64,000 bases of DNA from the NCBI RefSeq assembly GCF_030384885.1, contig NZ_CP128613.1; one strand, written 5' to 3'. The stretch comes from Escherichia coli. GTDB lineage: Bacteria; Pseudomonadota; Gammaproteobacteria; Enterobacterales; Enterobacteriaceae. The translations under genes and the position numbers were made by a program. The notes beneath the pieces were generated by a model, which was not told the origin of the DNA, made no database searches, and saw nothing but the letters and a program-made list of their open reading frames with translations. Below are positions 1-10,686 of the stretch, in pieces; the stretch's first letter is position 1, and each line of letters begins with the position of its first letter.

Positions 1-2623
1 AAGTAAATGCCCAGTTTTCTTTTGCGGGTGCGCCAGCTTCTGTCCAGGCGGTATACAGATCCCAGCCAAAGTCAGCCAGTGATTCGCGAGTGAAGGTTTC
101 TTTGATGATCTCCAGCCCAGCGTAGGCGGTAATGTCGCGAGGAAAGCTCAGCATAGTGCCCAGGTGGCGCATAGCGTCATCTGGTAGAGGCAGGTTGTTA
201 CTTTTAAGCCGTGGTCTGCGCCATAAGGTGAACTGATAAAAGCCGGGCAGTGGGGCGATTTTTGCGGGATATTCTTCCAGAGGATCGCTATCAAATAATG
301 TTGCCAGCGCAGCTAAAACATCAGGTTGATTATATCCTTGCGCGATTTTCTCAATCGTTTCTCGCTGGTTTAATTTCACTAGCAGGCGGAGCGCCTGGCG
401 GGCATATTCCCGATTTTGGCACGGTTTGCCCAGTGCCAAAGGCAGTAGCCCGGCGGCGGCATGGCGCGGGTTATTTGCCAGCCAATTAACGGCATCCTTG
501 TAAGCCATTTTTTTCTGTAACCGCTGCGCCATTGGTAAGGCTAGTTCACTGGCCCCAATAAAGAGGGTGAATATCCACAGTCGTTGATGATCTCGTTGCA
601 AGCAGGTCATAAACGCAGGAATGGCCGTACTACCAAAAACTGCCAGAATCTCTTTCTCACCTGAATATCGCTCCTCAATGATTATTTGGTTGAGAAATGA
701 AATCGCCTGTTGTCCCGGTAAGTAACAAAGCGCAGATAAATTCCAGCTTTTGTTGGCATTGTTGTGATATTTCGCAAACTCAGCTTTTAGTGCTGGAAAA
801 TCAAAGCGCAACAAGGCATCAACAGCGCTTTGCGGTATGTATTTTTTTTCATGTAAGTCATCTTCGCAATGCAGCCATTCATTAAAACCTAATTGCCAAA
901 GGATTTGTTGTTCTGGTGTAAAAGGAATGAAAGATGTCTCCCAGCTTTCTTTTTCAATTAGTGGTAGGTCGGTAAATAAGGTTTGCTGTGATGCCTGATA
1001 TTTCGCGATTTCACTGAATCTGGATATGTCAGTGTGACTGATTAACTCTGTAATTCCTGGTGTGATATCCGTGACGGCAGGAATGGGAAGCACAGGTAAA
1101 TCAAATACGGGTATTACATTTTTCTTCTTATTTATTATCCACGGTGGAGCGACAAATAGCTGCGGCAACATATCCGCAGTGGCATACTCACATTCTTTAG
1201 CTACTGACTGAGGACGACATTCAGATAAGATGCCTGCCGCTTTAGCATTAACCCAGGGAATGACGTCAGTGACTAACTCTGGCGTGACGGTAATCAGTTT
1301 GACAAGCGCGTTGCGCCACTGTGCATCTTCATGTATTGCCAGCAAAGTAGCATAAGCGGCAATAGCCGCAGCGGGATGTTTTTGGCAGGCTTTGCTTAAG
1401 TATTCCAGGTGCTTTTTCTTGCCATTTACACCGAGGATCAGAATTTGAATCGCATCCGGGTGATTCGTTTTCCATAGCCATTTGACAAGATCTTCAGTCT
1501 CGCTGATGCGCTCGAAGAGATAAGTGGGATTGTCAGAATGCTCTTCCACAAACTCAGTAAGTATCCGGCTTACACCGCGCCCCCCATTATTTGCCAGCAA
1601 CATTGCCAGATAAGCGCGAAAATCACGATACAACGGTGGGAAGTCGTATTTTTCTGCTGTAGTCAGAGCTATATCATCGGTTACTACCAGTCTTAACCAG
1701 GTTATCGCCGGAACGTTTTGGTCTGCATAATGTAGCGCCATAGCATTGGCAATATCCGGGCGTTCAGGGAGCAGTAACGCGGCAAAAGGTTGCCGTGCTG
1801 GGGATAGCGTCGGAATAGCAGTAAGCACTTTATCCACACAGCGTTGCCACTCATCTTCTGAAGCGAGTGAAAGATGATGACATAGACGTTGATGCCAACT
1901 CGGTAGCGATTCTGCTTCGTGATTAGGTGGAATGATGGTGGTTACTGCGCCTTTTACTGGTTTATATTTGAGTTGAAGAGCGAGAAGGGCGATTTCAACG
2001 GCACTTTCCAGACCACAGCGAATGACTAAGTCATCGACCAGTTCATCTTGAGAGTAAGAGTTCCAAAAGCCCCAGAGCAATGCTGCATCAGATTGCGCAC
2101 TCCCTGTCGGTTGATTACCCTGAACTCGCATTTGTAACTCAGCAAAAGCCTGCTGCCAGTTTTCTGGATAAGAGCGGTAATTATTGTCGGGGTCATATGC
2201 CCTGGTGTTATTCGCGATGCGCTTCCATATTTGACCATCTTTGTGCAGATAATTGATATCTCTGGGGCGAGAGCGATGTGGAAAAGCAAATCGGTTAATA
2301 TCGTCGGTTAGCGGAATGACTGCATCATCAGCCAGCCATGGGCGTTTGTTTTTACTCTCGGGTGAAGTTTCAACGTCAGGAGTGACTTTGGTGACGGGGG
2401 GGATATGCACGTTTGCCGAAGCGTCTTCCACATAGCCTTTTTTCGTTTTCTCAGCGATAAGCTTCAGTTCCGCTTTTTCCGCCGCCGCAGCATCCGCAAA
2501 GCTTTTTATCTGGCTTTGCCCTTGGGTGCCAACTTTTCCCCAACTGATATGCAACTCGTTACCTTGCTGCCCCACCGCCCAGAATTTATGCGATTTTTCG
2601 TCCTGGTAGATATAACTCTTCAT
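1..2623 (-). CDS. molR: MolR-like large WGR-domain protein, N-terminal ~874 codons; gene continues past the window edge
   Basis: Manual reverse-complement translation from ATG at 2623 gives MKSYIYQDEKSHKFWAVGQQGNELHISWGKVGTQGQ (WGR-type motif). No complete minus-strand ORF is listed in the track for this frame, consistent with an open frame running to position 1. Position downstream of metG matches K-12 molR. Confidence 0.65.
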   Translation of the reverse strand, partial: MKSYIYQDEKSHKFWAVGQQGNELHISWGKVGTQGQSQIKSFADAAAAEKAELKLIAEKTKKGYVEDASANVHIPPVTKVTPDVETSPESKNKRPWLADDAVIPLTDDINRFAFPHRSRPRDINYLHKDGQIWKRIANNTRAYDPDNNYRSYPENWQQAFAELQMRVQGNQPTGSAQSDAALLWGFWNSYSQDELVDDLVIRCGLESAVEIALLALQLKYKPVKGAVTTIIPPNHEAESLPSWHQRLCHHLSLASEDEWQRCVDKVLTAIPTLSPARQPFAALLLPERPDIANAMALHYADQNVPAITWLRLVVTDDIALTTAEKYDFPPLYRDFRAYLAMLLANNGGRGVSRILTEFVEEHSDNPTYLFERISETEDLVKWLWKTNHPDAIQILILGVNGKKKHLEYLSKACQKHPAAAIAAYATLLAIHEDAQWRNALVKLITVTPELVTDVIPWVNAKAAGILSECRPQSVAKECEYATADMLPQLFVAPPWIINKKKNVIPVFDLPVLPIPAVTDITPGITELISHTDISRFSEIAKYQASQQTLFTDLPLIEKESWETSFIPFTPEQQILWQLGFNEWLHCEDDLHEKKYIPQSAVDALLRFDFPALKAEFAKYHNNANKSWNLSALCYLPGQQAISFLNQIIIEERYSGEKEILAVFGSTAIPAFMTCLQRDHQRLWIFTLFIGASELALPMAQRLQKKMAYKDAVNWLANNPRHAAAGLLPLALGKPCQNREYARQALRLLVKLNQRETIEKIAQGYNQPDVLAALATLFDSDPLEEYPAKIAPLPGFYQFTLWRRPRLKSNNLPLPDDAMRHLGTMLSFPRDITAYAGLEIIKETFTRESLADFGWDLYTAWTEAGAPAKENWAFT

Positions 2624-2763
2624 CCGCGTTCCCTGTATTTATATCCAGTTATAAGCGGATGCTAGCAGTTAATGAAAAAAATTAAGAGCGTTGAACAAAC
2701 AAGAAAACAACTTTAGGAATTCATAAAGAAAAGGCGCTGTCGATGCAGCGCCTTGAAGGGGGA

Positions 2764-4797
2764 TTATTTCACCTGATGGCCCGGTTTAGCACCGGCATCC
2801 GGGCTTAGCAGGAAAATATCTTTCCCGCCAGGACCAGCAGCCATCACCATGCCTTCAGAGATACCGAAGCGCATTTTACGTGGTGCCAGGTTAGCCACCA
2901 TAATGGTGTGACGACCAATCAGTGCCTGCGGATCCGGGTAGGCAGAACGAATGCCGGAGAAGACATTGCGTTTTTCACCGCCGAGATCCAGCGTCAGGCG
3001 CAGCAGTTTGTCAGAACCTTCAACAAACTCTGCGTTTTCAATCAGCGCCACGCGCAGGTCAACTTTAGCGAAGTCGTCAAAGGTGATGGTTTCCTGAATC
3101 GGATCATCTGCCAGCGGGCCAGTCACGGGGGCGGCAGTGGCTTTCACTTCTTCTTTAGACGCTTCCACCAGTGCTTCAACCTGCTTCATGTCAATACGGT
3201 TATACAGCGCCTTGAACGGATTCACTTTGTGGCCCAGCAGCGGTTGCTGGATACCATGCCAGGTCAGTTCCGTATTGAGGAATGCTTCTGCACGCTCGGT
3301 CAGTTTCGGCAGTACCGGCTTCAGGTAAGTCATCAGCACGCGGAACAGGTTTATGCCCATCGAGCAAATTGCCTGCAGGTCGGCATCGCGGCCTTCCTGT
3401 TTCGCCACCACCCACGGAGCCTGTTCATCGACATAGCGGTTAGCCAGATCAGCCAGCGCCATAATTTCGCGCACTGCTTTACCAAATTCGCGGCTTTCCC
3501 ATGCTTCACCAATCACTTCAGCGGCATCCGTGAAGGTTTTGTACAACTGCGGGTCAGCCAGTTCGCTTGCCAACACGCCGTCAAAACGCTTGTTGATAAA
3601 GCCCGCGTTACGGGATGCCAGGTTTACAACCTTATTAACGATATCGGCATTCACGCGCTGGACGAAATCCTCGAGGTTGAGATCGATATCATCAATGCGC
3701 GAAGAGAGTTTCGCAGTGTAGTAGTAACGCAGGCTGTCAGCGTCAAAATGATTCAGCCAGGTGCTGGCTTTAATAAAGGTGCCGCGAGACTTGGACATCT
3801 TCGCGCCGTTCACCGTTACATAGCCGTGAACAAACAGGTTGGTCGGCTTGCGGAAGTTGCTACCTTCCAACATGGCAGGCCAGAACAGGCTGTGGAAGTA
3901 AACGATATCTTTACCGATGAAGTGGTACAGTTCGGCGGTGGAGTCTTTCTTCCAGTATTCATCGAAGCTTACGCTGTCGCCGCGCTTGTCGCACAGATTC
4001 TTGAAGGAACCCATGTAGCCAATCGGCGCGTCCAGCCAGACGTAGAAATATTTGCCCGGCGCGTTCGGAATTTCAAAACCGAAGTACGGTGCATCGCGGG
4101 AGATATCCCACTGTTGCAGACCGGACTCAAACCACTCCTGCATTTTGTTTGCCACCTGCTCCTGCAACGCGCCGCTGCGGGTCCATGCCTGCAACATTTC
4201 GCTGAAAGAAGGCAGATCAAAGAAGAAGTGTTCAGAATCACGCATTACCGGGGTAGCGCCAGAAACCACCGATTTCGGCTCGATCAGTTCAGTCGGGCTG
4301 TAGGTCGCGCCGCAGACTTCGCAGTTATCGCCGTATTGATCCGGGGATTTACATTTCGGGCAGGTGCCTTTTACAAAACGGTCCGGCAGGAACATGCCTT
4401 TTTCCGGATCGTACAGCTGAGAGATGGTGCGGTTTTTAATAAAACCGTTTTCTTTCAGGCGAGAATAGATAAGTTCTGACAACTGGCGGTTCTCTTCGCT
4501 GTGCGTCGAGTGATAGTTGTCATAGCTGATGTTAAAGCCTGCAAAATCAGTCTGATGTTCCTGACTCATTTCGCCAATCATCTGCTCCGGAGTGATACCA
4601 AGCTGCTGAGCTTTCAGCATGATCGGTGTACCGTGGGCATCGTCGGCGCAGATGAAGTTGACCTCGTGGCCGCGCATTCGCTGGTAACGGACCCAGACAT
4701 CAGCCTGGATGTGCTCCAGCATATGGCCGAGGTGGATTGAGCCGTTAGCGTACGGCAGTGCGCACGTCACCAGAATTTTCTTCGCGACTTGAGTCAT
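2764..4797 (-). CDS. metG: methionyl-tRNA synthetase
   Basis: Track ORF 2764..4806; HIGH-type motif (HLGHMLEH) and KMSKS motif present. Start moved to internal Met ([19 protein letters not shown]) to give the 677-aa length I recall. Confidence 0.93.
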   Translation of the reverse strand: MTQVAKKILVTCALPYANGSIHLGHMLEHIQADVWVRYQRMRGHEVNFICADDAHGTPIMLKAQQLGITPEQMIGEMSQEHQTDFAGFNISYDNYHSTHSEENRQLSELIYSRLKENGFIKNRTISQLYDPEKGMFLPDRFVKGTCPKCKSPDQYGDNCEVCGATYSPTELIEPKSVVSGATPVMRDSEHFFFDLPSFSEMLQAWTRSGALQEQVANKMQEWFESGLQQWDISRDAPYFGFEIPNAPGKYFYVWLDAPIGYMGSFKNLCDKRGDSVSFDEYWKKDSTAELYHFIGKDIVYFHSLFWPAMLEGSNFRKPTNLFVHGYVTVNGAKMSKSRGTFIKASTWLNHFDADSLRYYYTAKLSSRIDDIDLNLEDFVQRVNADIVNKVVNLASRNAGFINKRFDGVLASELADPQLYKTFTDAAEVIGEAWESREFGKAVREIMALADLANRYVDEQAPWVVAKQEGRDADLQAICSMGINLFRVLMTYLKPVLPKLTERAEAFLNTELTWHGIQQPLLGHKVNPFKALYNRIDMKQVEALVEASKEEVKATAAPVTGPLADDPIQETITFDDFAKVDLRVALIENAEFVEGSDKLLRLTLDLGGEKRNVFSGIRSAYPDPQALIGRHTIMVANLAPRKMRFGISEGMVMAAGPGGKDIFLLSPDAGAKPGHQVK

Positions 4798-4928
4798 AGT
4801 AGGCATTACTTCTTAATAGTGAAAAGGGGTTAGATAGTACCAAATGGGAAAATGTTAAGTAAGTACTTCTCTATATTCTTCAGGTAAACTATCAGCTGAT
4901 GGTTTATCTATACAAAAAAGGAGTCGGG

Positions 4929-6038
4929 ATGAACGAACAATCCCAGGCCAAATCACCAGAAGCCTTGCGCGCAATGGTCGCCGGGACACTGGCCAATTTT
5001 CAGCACCCAACCCTGAAGCATAACCTCACCACGCTGAAAGCGTTGCACCATGTCGCCTGGATGGACGACACGTTGCATGTGGAACTGGTTATGCCATTCG
5101 TCTGGCATAGCGCGTTCGAAGAGTTAAAAGAGCAATGTAGCGCTGAACTGCTGCGCATCACCGGGGCGAAAGCTATCGACTGGAAACTGTCGCACAATAT
5201 CGCCACCTTAAAACGCGTGAAGAATCAGCCGGGAATTAACGGCGTGAAGAACATCATTGCGGTCAGCTCCGGTAAAGGCGGCGTGGGTAAATCCTCCACG
5301 GCGGTAAATCTGGCGCTGGCACTGGCGGCGGAAGGGGCGAAAGTCGGCATTCTGGACGCCGATATCTACGGCCCATCAATACCCACCATGCTGGGCGCAG
5401 AAAATCAGCGTCCAACTTCGCCGGACGGTACCCATATGGCACCGATTATGTCTCATGGACTGGCAACCAATTCAATTGGTTATCTGGTCACTGACGACAA
5501 TGCGATGGTGTGGCGTGGTCCGATGGCGAGCAAGGCGTTAATGCAGATGTTGCAGGAAACCTTGTGGCCGGATCTCGACTATCTGGTGCTTGATATGCCG
5601 CCAGGCACCGGTGACATTCAATTGACACTGGCACAAAACATTCCAGTAACTGGCGCGGTAGTGGTCACCACCCCGCAGGACATTGCGTTGATCGATGCGA
5701 AAAAAGGCATTGTGATGTTCGAGAAAGTCGAGGTTCCGGTGCTCGGTATTGTCGAGAACATGAGTGTGCATATTTGCAGTAACTGTGGTCACCATGAACC
5801 GATTTTCGGTACCGGTGGTGCAGAGAAACTGGCCGAGAAATACCACACGCAGTTGCTGGGGCAGATGCCGTTACACATTTCCTTACGTGAAGATCTCGAT
5901 AAAGGCACGCCAACAGTTATCAGCCGTCCGGAGAGCGAATTTACCGCTATCTACCGCCAGCTGGCTGACCGCGTTGCAGCCCAGCTTTATTGGCAGGGAG
6001 AAGTCATTCCTGGCGAGATTTCCTTCCGCGCGGTCTGA
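4929..6038 (+). CDS. apbC: Fe-S cluster carrier ATPase Mrp/ApbC
   Basis: Track ORF 4899..6038; P-loop GKGGVGKSS and CSNCG motif; start moved to MNEQSQAKSPEALRA. Divergent from metG as in K-12. Confidence 0.9.
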   Translation: MNEQSQAKSPEALRAMVAGTLANFQHPTLKHNLTTLKALHHVAWMDDTLHVELVMPFVWHSAFEELKEQCSAELLRITGAKAIDWKLSHNIATLKRVKNQPGINGVKNIIAVSSGKGGVGKSSTAVNLALALAAEGAKVGILDADIYGPSIPTMLGAENQRPTSPDGTHMAPIMSHGLATNSIGYLVTDDNAMVWRGPMASKALMQMLQETLWPDLDYLVLDMPPGTGDIQLTLAQNIPVTGAVVVTTPQDIALIDAKKGIVMFEKVEVPVLGIVENMSVHICSNCGHHEPIFGTGGAEKLAEKYHTQLLGQMPLHISLREDLDKGTPTVISRPESEFTAIYRQLADRVAAQLYWQGEVIPGEISFRAV

Positions 6039-6067
6039 CGCGTATTAACCTTTTTGGTTGTTTTTCA

Positions 6068-6109
6068 TACACCGCAGAGATGTTACATTGATGCGGTGTA
6101 TTTGCTTTT
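6068..6109 (+). terminator. putative rho-independent terminator after apbC
   Basis: Inverted repeat tacaccgca...tgcggtgta followed by tttgctttt. Confidence 0.45.
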
Positions 6110-6300
6110 GCCGCATTAATGAACACTTATTTAATGCTGCGAATATTCTGCGGACCTTCGTCCGAAACTCTATAAAGTCGATTGATCGTACAGGCAATGC
6201 ATCATTATCATCCTTCGTGGCTGTGTAGTGGATGTACAGCTATAGTTTGTTATGCACTCATTCTATCCAGGCATAACCTTTACTACAGGGATAACGTTCA

Positions 6301-6582
6301 ATGAATAAGTACTGGCTATCAGGAATTATTTTTCTTGCCTATGGAATGGCTTCTCCCGCGTTCTCTTCACAGACTGCCACATTAACGATTAATGGCAGGA
6401 TCAGTCCCCCAACATGCAGTATGGCTATGGTTAATGGTCAACCTCAACAGCATTGTGGTCAGTTAACGTATGATGTTGATACCCGTCATCAGGTTTCTTC
6501 GCCAGTCAAAGGTGTGACGACAGAAGTGGTTGTTGCAGGTAGTGATAGCAAACGTCGAATCGTGTTAAATCGCTACGATTAA
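6301..6582 (+). CDS. yehE: small secreted protein YehE
   Basis: 93-aa ORF with N-terminal signal-like sequence; position between mrp and the yeh fimbrial genes. Confidence 0.7.
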   Translation: MNKYWLSGIIFLAYGMASPAFSSQTATLTINGRISPPTCSMAMVNGQPQQHCGQLTYDVDTRHQVSSPVKGVTTEVVVAGSDSKRRIVLNRYD

Positions 6583-6613
6583 TTTGCCACCCTGGTTTTT
6601 TAAGCGGATTTAG

Positions 6614-6653
6614 AAAGCTGAAATCATTCGCGTGAATGATTTCAGCTTTTTTA
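6614..6653 (+). terminator. putative rho-independent terminator after yehE
   Basis: Stem agctgaaatcattc / gaatgatttcagct followed by a T6 run. Confidence 0.6.
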
Positions 6654-6877
6654 TTGATATTAATAATACCATTTAAAAAAATCTGCATTAATTAATAGAT
6701 GTGATAAATATTTAATATGCTTAAGTATTTGTTGTATTTATATTGCAATAGTTAATTTGTTTTAAATCAATAAAACAATATGTTTACATTGCGGCAACTT
6801 TTTTGATGTGAGAAATTTGTTTCCAAGAGATACAGACTCTTAACAACCAAAAAATAAATTTTATTAAGGAACATATT

Positions 6878-7420
6878 ATGAAACGTTCAATTATTGCTGC
6901 CGCTGTCTTTTCTTCTTTTTTTATGAGCGCTGGGGTATTTGCCGCAGACGTTGATACCGGAACATTAACCATTAAAGGGAATATTGCAGAATCTCCGTGT
7001 AAATTCGAAGCAGGTGGCGATTCAGTAAGTATTAATATGCCAACTGTACCAACCACTGTCTTTGAAGGTAAAGCTAAATACTCGACCTATGATGATGCAG
7101 TCGGTGTAACCAGCAGCATGTTAAAAATTAGCTGTCCGAAAGAAGTTGCTGGTGTAAAACTCTCGTTGATTACCAACGATAAAATAACCGGAAACGATAA
7201 GGCGATAGCCAGTAGCAACGATACCGTGGGGTACTATCTCTATTTAGGTGATAACAGTGATGTCCTGGATGTTTCTGCACCTTTTAACATTGAGAGTTAT
7301 AAAACAGCGGAAGGTCAATATGCTATTCCGTTTAAAGCAAAATACCTGAAGCTGACAGATAATTCAGTGCAATCAGATGATGTGTTATCTTCTCTGGTTA
7401 TGCGTGTGGCGCAGGATTAA
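6878..7420 (+). CDS. yehD: fimbrial major subunit-like protein
   Basis: 180 aa with signal peptide; first gene of a subunit-chaperone-usher-adhesin array; AT-rich upstream region. Confidence 0.85.
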   Translation: MKRSIIAAAVFSSFFMSAGVFAADVDTGTLTIKGNIAESPCKFEAGGDSVSINMPTVPTTVFEGKAKYSTYDDAVGVTSSMLKISCPKEVAGVKLSLITNDKITGNDKAIASSNDTVGYYLYLGDNSDVLDVSAPFNIESYKTAEGQYAIPFKAKYLKLTDNSVQSDDVLSSLVMRVAQD

Positions 7421-7500
7421 TAAATAAAATTTCAAATTTCTCCAGGTAATAAACATGGCCGCTATCCCCATGGCGGCCTTTTAATTTAAGAGGCATTAAG

Positions 7501-8175
7501 ATGAAAGGATTATTAGCTTTACTCATTTCTTCTATGGTCCTTCCTGCGCATGCCGGAATTGTTATCTACGGGACGCGCATTATTTACCCGGCAGAAAATA
7601 AAGAAGTGATGGTGCAGTTGATGAACCAGGGAAACCGTTCTTCGCTGCTGCAGGCGTGGATTGATGATGGCGATACGTCGTTACCACCTGAAAAAATTCA
7701 GGTTCCTTTCATGTTAACGCCACCAGTGGCAAAAATAGGGGCAAATTCCGGGCAGCAAGTAAAAATCAAAATTATGTCGAATAAACTGCCCACTAATAAA
7801 GAGAGCATTTTTTATCTGAATGTTCTGGATATTCCACCAAATAGTCCAGAGCAAGAGGGCAAGAATGCACTGAAATTTGCAATGCAAAACAGAATCAAAT
7901 TGTTTTACCGGCCTGCGGGTATTGCACCGGTAAATAAAGCGACATTTAAAAAGTTACTGGTAAATCGCAGTGGCAATGGATTGGTGATAAAAAATGACTC
8001 AGCAAATTGGGTAACGATTTCGGATGTCAAAGCTAATAATGTCAAAGTCAATTATGAAACTATTATGATTGCCCCCTTGGAAAGTCAGAGTATTAATGTC
8101 AAAAGTAATAATGCGAATAACTGGTATCTGACCATTATCGATGACCATGGCAACTATATTAGTGACAAAATTTAA
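7501..8175 (+). CDS. yehC: periplasmic fimbrial chaperone (PapD-like)
   Basis: 224 aa with signal peptide; operon position between subunit and usher. Confidence 0.85.
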   Translation: MKGLLALLISSMVLPAHAGIVIYGTRIIYPAENKEVMVQLMNQGNRSSLLQAWIDDGDTSLPPEKIQVPFMLTPPVAKIGANSGQQVKIKIMSNKLPTNKESIFYLNVLDIPPNSPEQEGKNALKFAMQNRIKLFYRPAGIAPVNKATFKKLLVNRSGNGLVIKNDSANWVTISDVKANNVKVNYETIMIAPLESQSINVKSNNANNWYLTIIDDHGNYISDKI

Positions 8176-8190
8176 TTGCAGGAGCTGCCT

Positions 8191-10671
8191 ATGTTGAGAA
8201 TGACCCCACTTGCATCAGCAATCGTAGCGTTATTGCTCGGCATTGAAGCTTATGCAGCTGAAGAAACCTTTGATACCCATTTTATGATAGGTGGAATGAA
8301 AGACCAGCAGGTTGCAAATATTCGTCTTGATGATAATCAACCCTTGCCGGGGCAGTATGACATCGATATTTATGTCAATAAGCAATGGCGCGGGAAATAT
8401 GAGATTATTGTTAAAGACAACCCGCAAGAAACATGTTTATCCAGGGAAATTATCAAGCGGTTAGGCATTAATACCGATAACTTTGCCAGCGGTAAGCAAT
8501 GTTTAACATTTGAGCAACTTGTTCACGGTGGGAGCTATACCTGGGATATCGGAGTTTTTCGTCTCGATTTCAGTGTACCGCAGGCGTGGGTGGAAGAACT
8601 GGAAAGTGGCTATGTTCCACCGGAAAACTGGGAGCGGGGTATTAATGCGTTTTATACCTCTTATTATGTGAGTCAGTATTACAGCGACTATAAAGCGTCG
8701 GGTAATAGCAAGAGTACATATGTACGTTTTAACAGCGGGTTAAATTTACTGGGGTGGCAACTGCATTCTGATGCCAGTTTCAGTAAAACAAATAGCAATC
8801 CAGGGGTGTGGAAAAGCAATACCCTGTATCTGGAACGTGGATTTGCCCAACTTCTCGGCACGCTTCGCGTGGGTGATATGTACACATCAAGCGATATTTT
8901 TGATTCTGTTCGCTTCAGCGGTGTGCGGTTGTTTCGTGATATGCAGATGTTGCCTAACTCGAAACAAAATTTTACTCCACGGGTGCAGGGGATTGCTCAG
9001 AGTAACGCGCTGGTAACTATTGAACAGAACGGTTTTGTGGTTTATCAGAAAGAGGTTCCTCCTGGCCCGTTTGCGATTACAGATTTGCAGTTGGCCGGTG
9101 GTGGAGCAGATCTTGATGTCAGCGTGAAAGAGGCGGACGGTTCGGTAACCACCTATCTGGTGCCTTATGCAGCAGTGCCGAATATGCTGCAACCCGGCGT
9201 GTCGAAATATGATTTTGCGGCAGGTCGTAGCCATATTGAAGGGGCGAGCAAACAAAGTGATTTTGTTCAGGCGGGTTATCAGTATGGTTTTAATAACTTA
9301 TTGACGCTGTATGGCGGATCGATGGTCGCGAATAATTATTACGCGTTCACTTTGGGGACTGGCTGGAATACACGCATTGGTGCCATTTCCGTCGATGCCA
9401 CGAAGTCGCATAGTAAACAAGACAACGGCGATGTGTTTGACGGGCAAAGTTATCAAATTGCCTACAACAAATTTGTGAGCCAAACGTCGACGCGTTTTGG
9501 TCTGGCGGCCTGGCGTTATTCGTCGCGTGATTACCGGACATTTAACGATCACGTTTGGGCAAACAATAAAGATAATTATCGCCGTGATGAAAACGATATC
9601 TATGACATTGCCGATTATTACCAGAACGATTTTGGCCGTAAAAATAGCTTTTCTGCCAATATGAGCCAGTCATTGCCAGAAGGCTGGGGTTCTGTGTCCT
9701 TAAGTACGTTATGGCGAGATTACTGGGGGCGTAGCGGCAGCAGTAAGGATTATCAGTTGAGTTATTCCAACAACCTGCGACGGATAAGCTATACCCTCGC
9801 AGCAAGCCAGGCTTATGACGAGAATCATCATGAAGAGAAACGTTTTAATATTTTTATATCGATTCCCTTTGATTGGGGTGATGACGTTACGACGCCTCGT
9901 CGGCAAATATATATGTCTAACTCAACGACATTTGATGATCAGGGTTTTGCCTCAAATAATACGGGATTATCGGGAACCGTTGGAAGCCGGGATCAATTTA
10001 ACTATGGGGTCAACCTGAGTCATCAGCATCAGGGAAATGAAACGACAGCTGGAGCGAATTTAACCTGGAACGCGCCGGTGGCAACGGTGAATGGCAGTTA
10101 TAGTCAGTCGAGTACTTATCGACAGGCTGGAGCCAGTCTTTCAGGGGGCATTGTCGCCTGGTCGGGTGGCGTTAATCTGGCGAACCGTCTTTCCGAAACG
10201 TTTGCTGTGATGAATGCGCCAGGAATTAAAGATGCTTATGTCAATGGGCAAAAATATCGCACAACAAACCGTAATGGAGTGGTGGTATACGACGGAATGA
10301 CACCTTATCGGGAAAATCACCTGATGCTGGATGTGTCGCAAAGCGATAGCGAAGCAGAATTACGTGGCAACCGGAACATTGCCGCCCCTTTTCGCGGCGC
10401 GGTTGTACTGGTTAATTTTGATACCGATCAGCGCAAGCCCTGGTTTATAAAAGCGTTAAGAGCGGATGGGCAACCATTAACGTTTGGTTATGAAGTCAAT
10501 GATATCCACGGTCACAATATTGGTGTTGTCGGTCAGGGAAGCCAGTTATTTATTCGCACTAATGATGTACCGCCATCGGTTAATGTGGCAATTGATAAAC
10601 AACAAGGGCTCTCATGCACAATCACCTTCGGTAAAGAGATTGATGAAAATAGGAACTATATTTGCCAGTAA
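8191..10671 (+). CDS. yehB: outer-membrane fimbrial usher
   Basis: Track ORF 8176..10671 (831 aa); start moved to MLRMTPLASAIVALLLG for the ~826-aa length I recall; size and position typical of a usher. Confidence 0.88.
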   Translation: MLRMTPLASAIVALLLGIEAYAAEETFDTHFMIGGMKDQQVANIRLDDNQPLPGQYDIDIYVNKQWRGKYEIIVKDNPQETCLSREIIKRLGINTDNFASGKQCLTFEQLVHGGSYTWDIGVFRLDFSVPQAWVEELESGYVPPENWERGINAFYTSYYVSQYYSDYKASGNSKSTYVRFNSGLNLLGWQLHSDASFSKTNSNPGVWKSNTLYLERGFAQLLGTLRVGDMYTSSDIFDSVRFSGVRLFRDMQMLPNSKQNFTPRVQGIAQSNALVTIEQNGFVVYQKEVPPGPFAITDLQLAGGGADLDVSVKEADGSVTTYLVPYAAVPNMLQPGVSKYDFAAGRSHIEGASKQSDFVQAGYQYGFNNLLTLYGGSMVANNYYAFTLGTGWNTRIGAISVDATKSHSKQDNGDVFDGQSYQIAYNKFVSQTSTRFGLAAWRYSSRDYRTFNDHVWANNKDNYRRDENDIYDIADYYQNDFGRKNSFSANMSQSLPEGWGSVSLSTLWRDYWGRSGSSKDYQLSYSNNLRRISYTLAASQAYDENHHEEKRFNIFISIPFDWGDDVTTPRRQIYMSNSTTFDDQGFASNNTGLSGTVGSRDQFNYGVNLSHQHQGNETTAGANLTWNAPVATVNGSYSQSSTYRQAGASLSGGIVAWSGGVNLANRLSETFAVMNAPGIKDAYVNGQKYRTTNRNGVVVYDGMTPYRENHLMLDVSQSDSEAELRGNRNIAAPFRGAVVLVNFDTDQRKPWFIKALRADGQPLTFGYEVNDIHGHNIGVVGQGSQLFIRTNDVPPSVNVAIDKQQGLSCTITFGKEIDENRNYICQ

Positions 10672-10686
10672 TAATCGGGTGGCTCT

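Noticed and set aside
250-885. Plus-strand ORFs of 79 and 62 aa
   Set aside because: Antisense to the open molR-like reading frame; no motifs.
2908-4479. 523-aa ORF on the plus strand
   Set aside because: Lies entirely antisense within metG, whose product has clear class I aaRS motifs; Arg/His/Phe-rich composition typical of a shadow ORF in GC-rich coding sequence.
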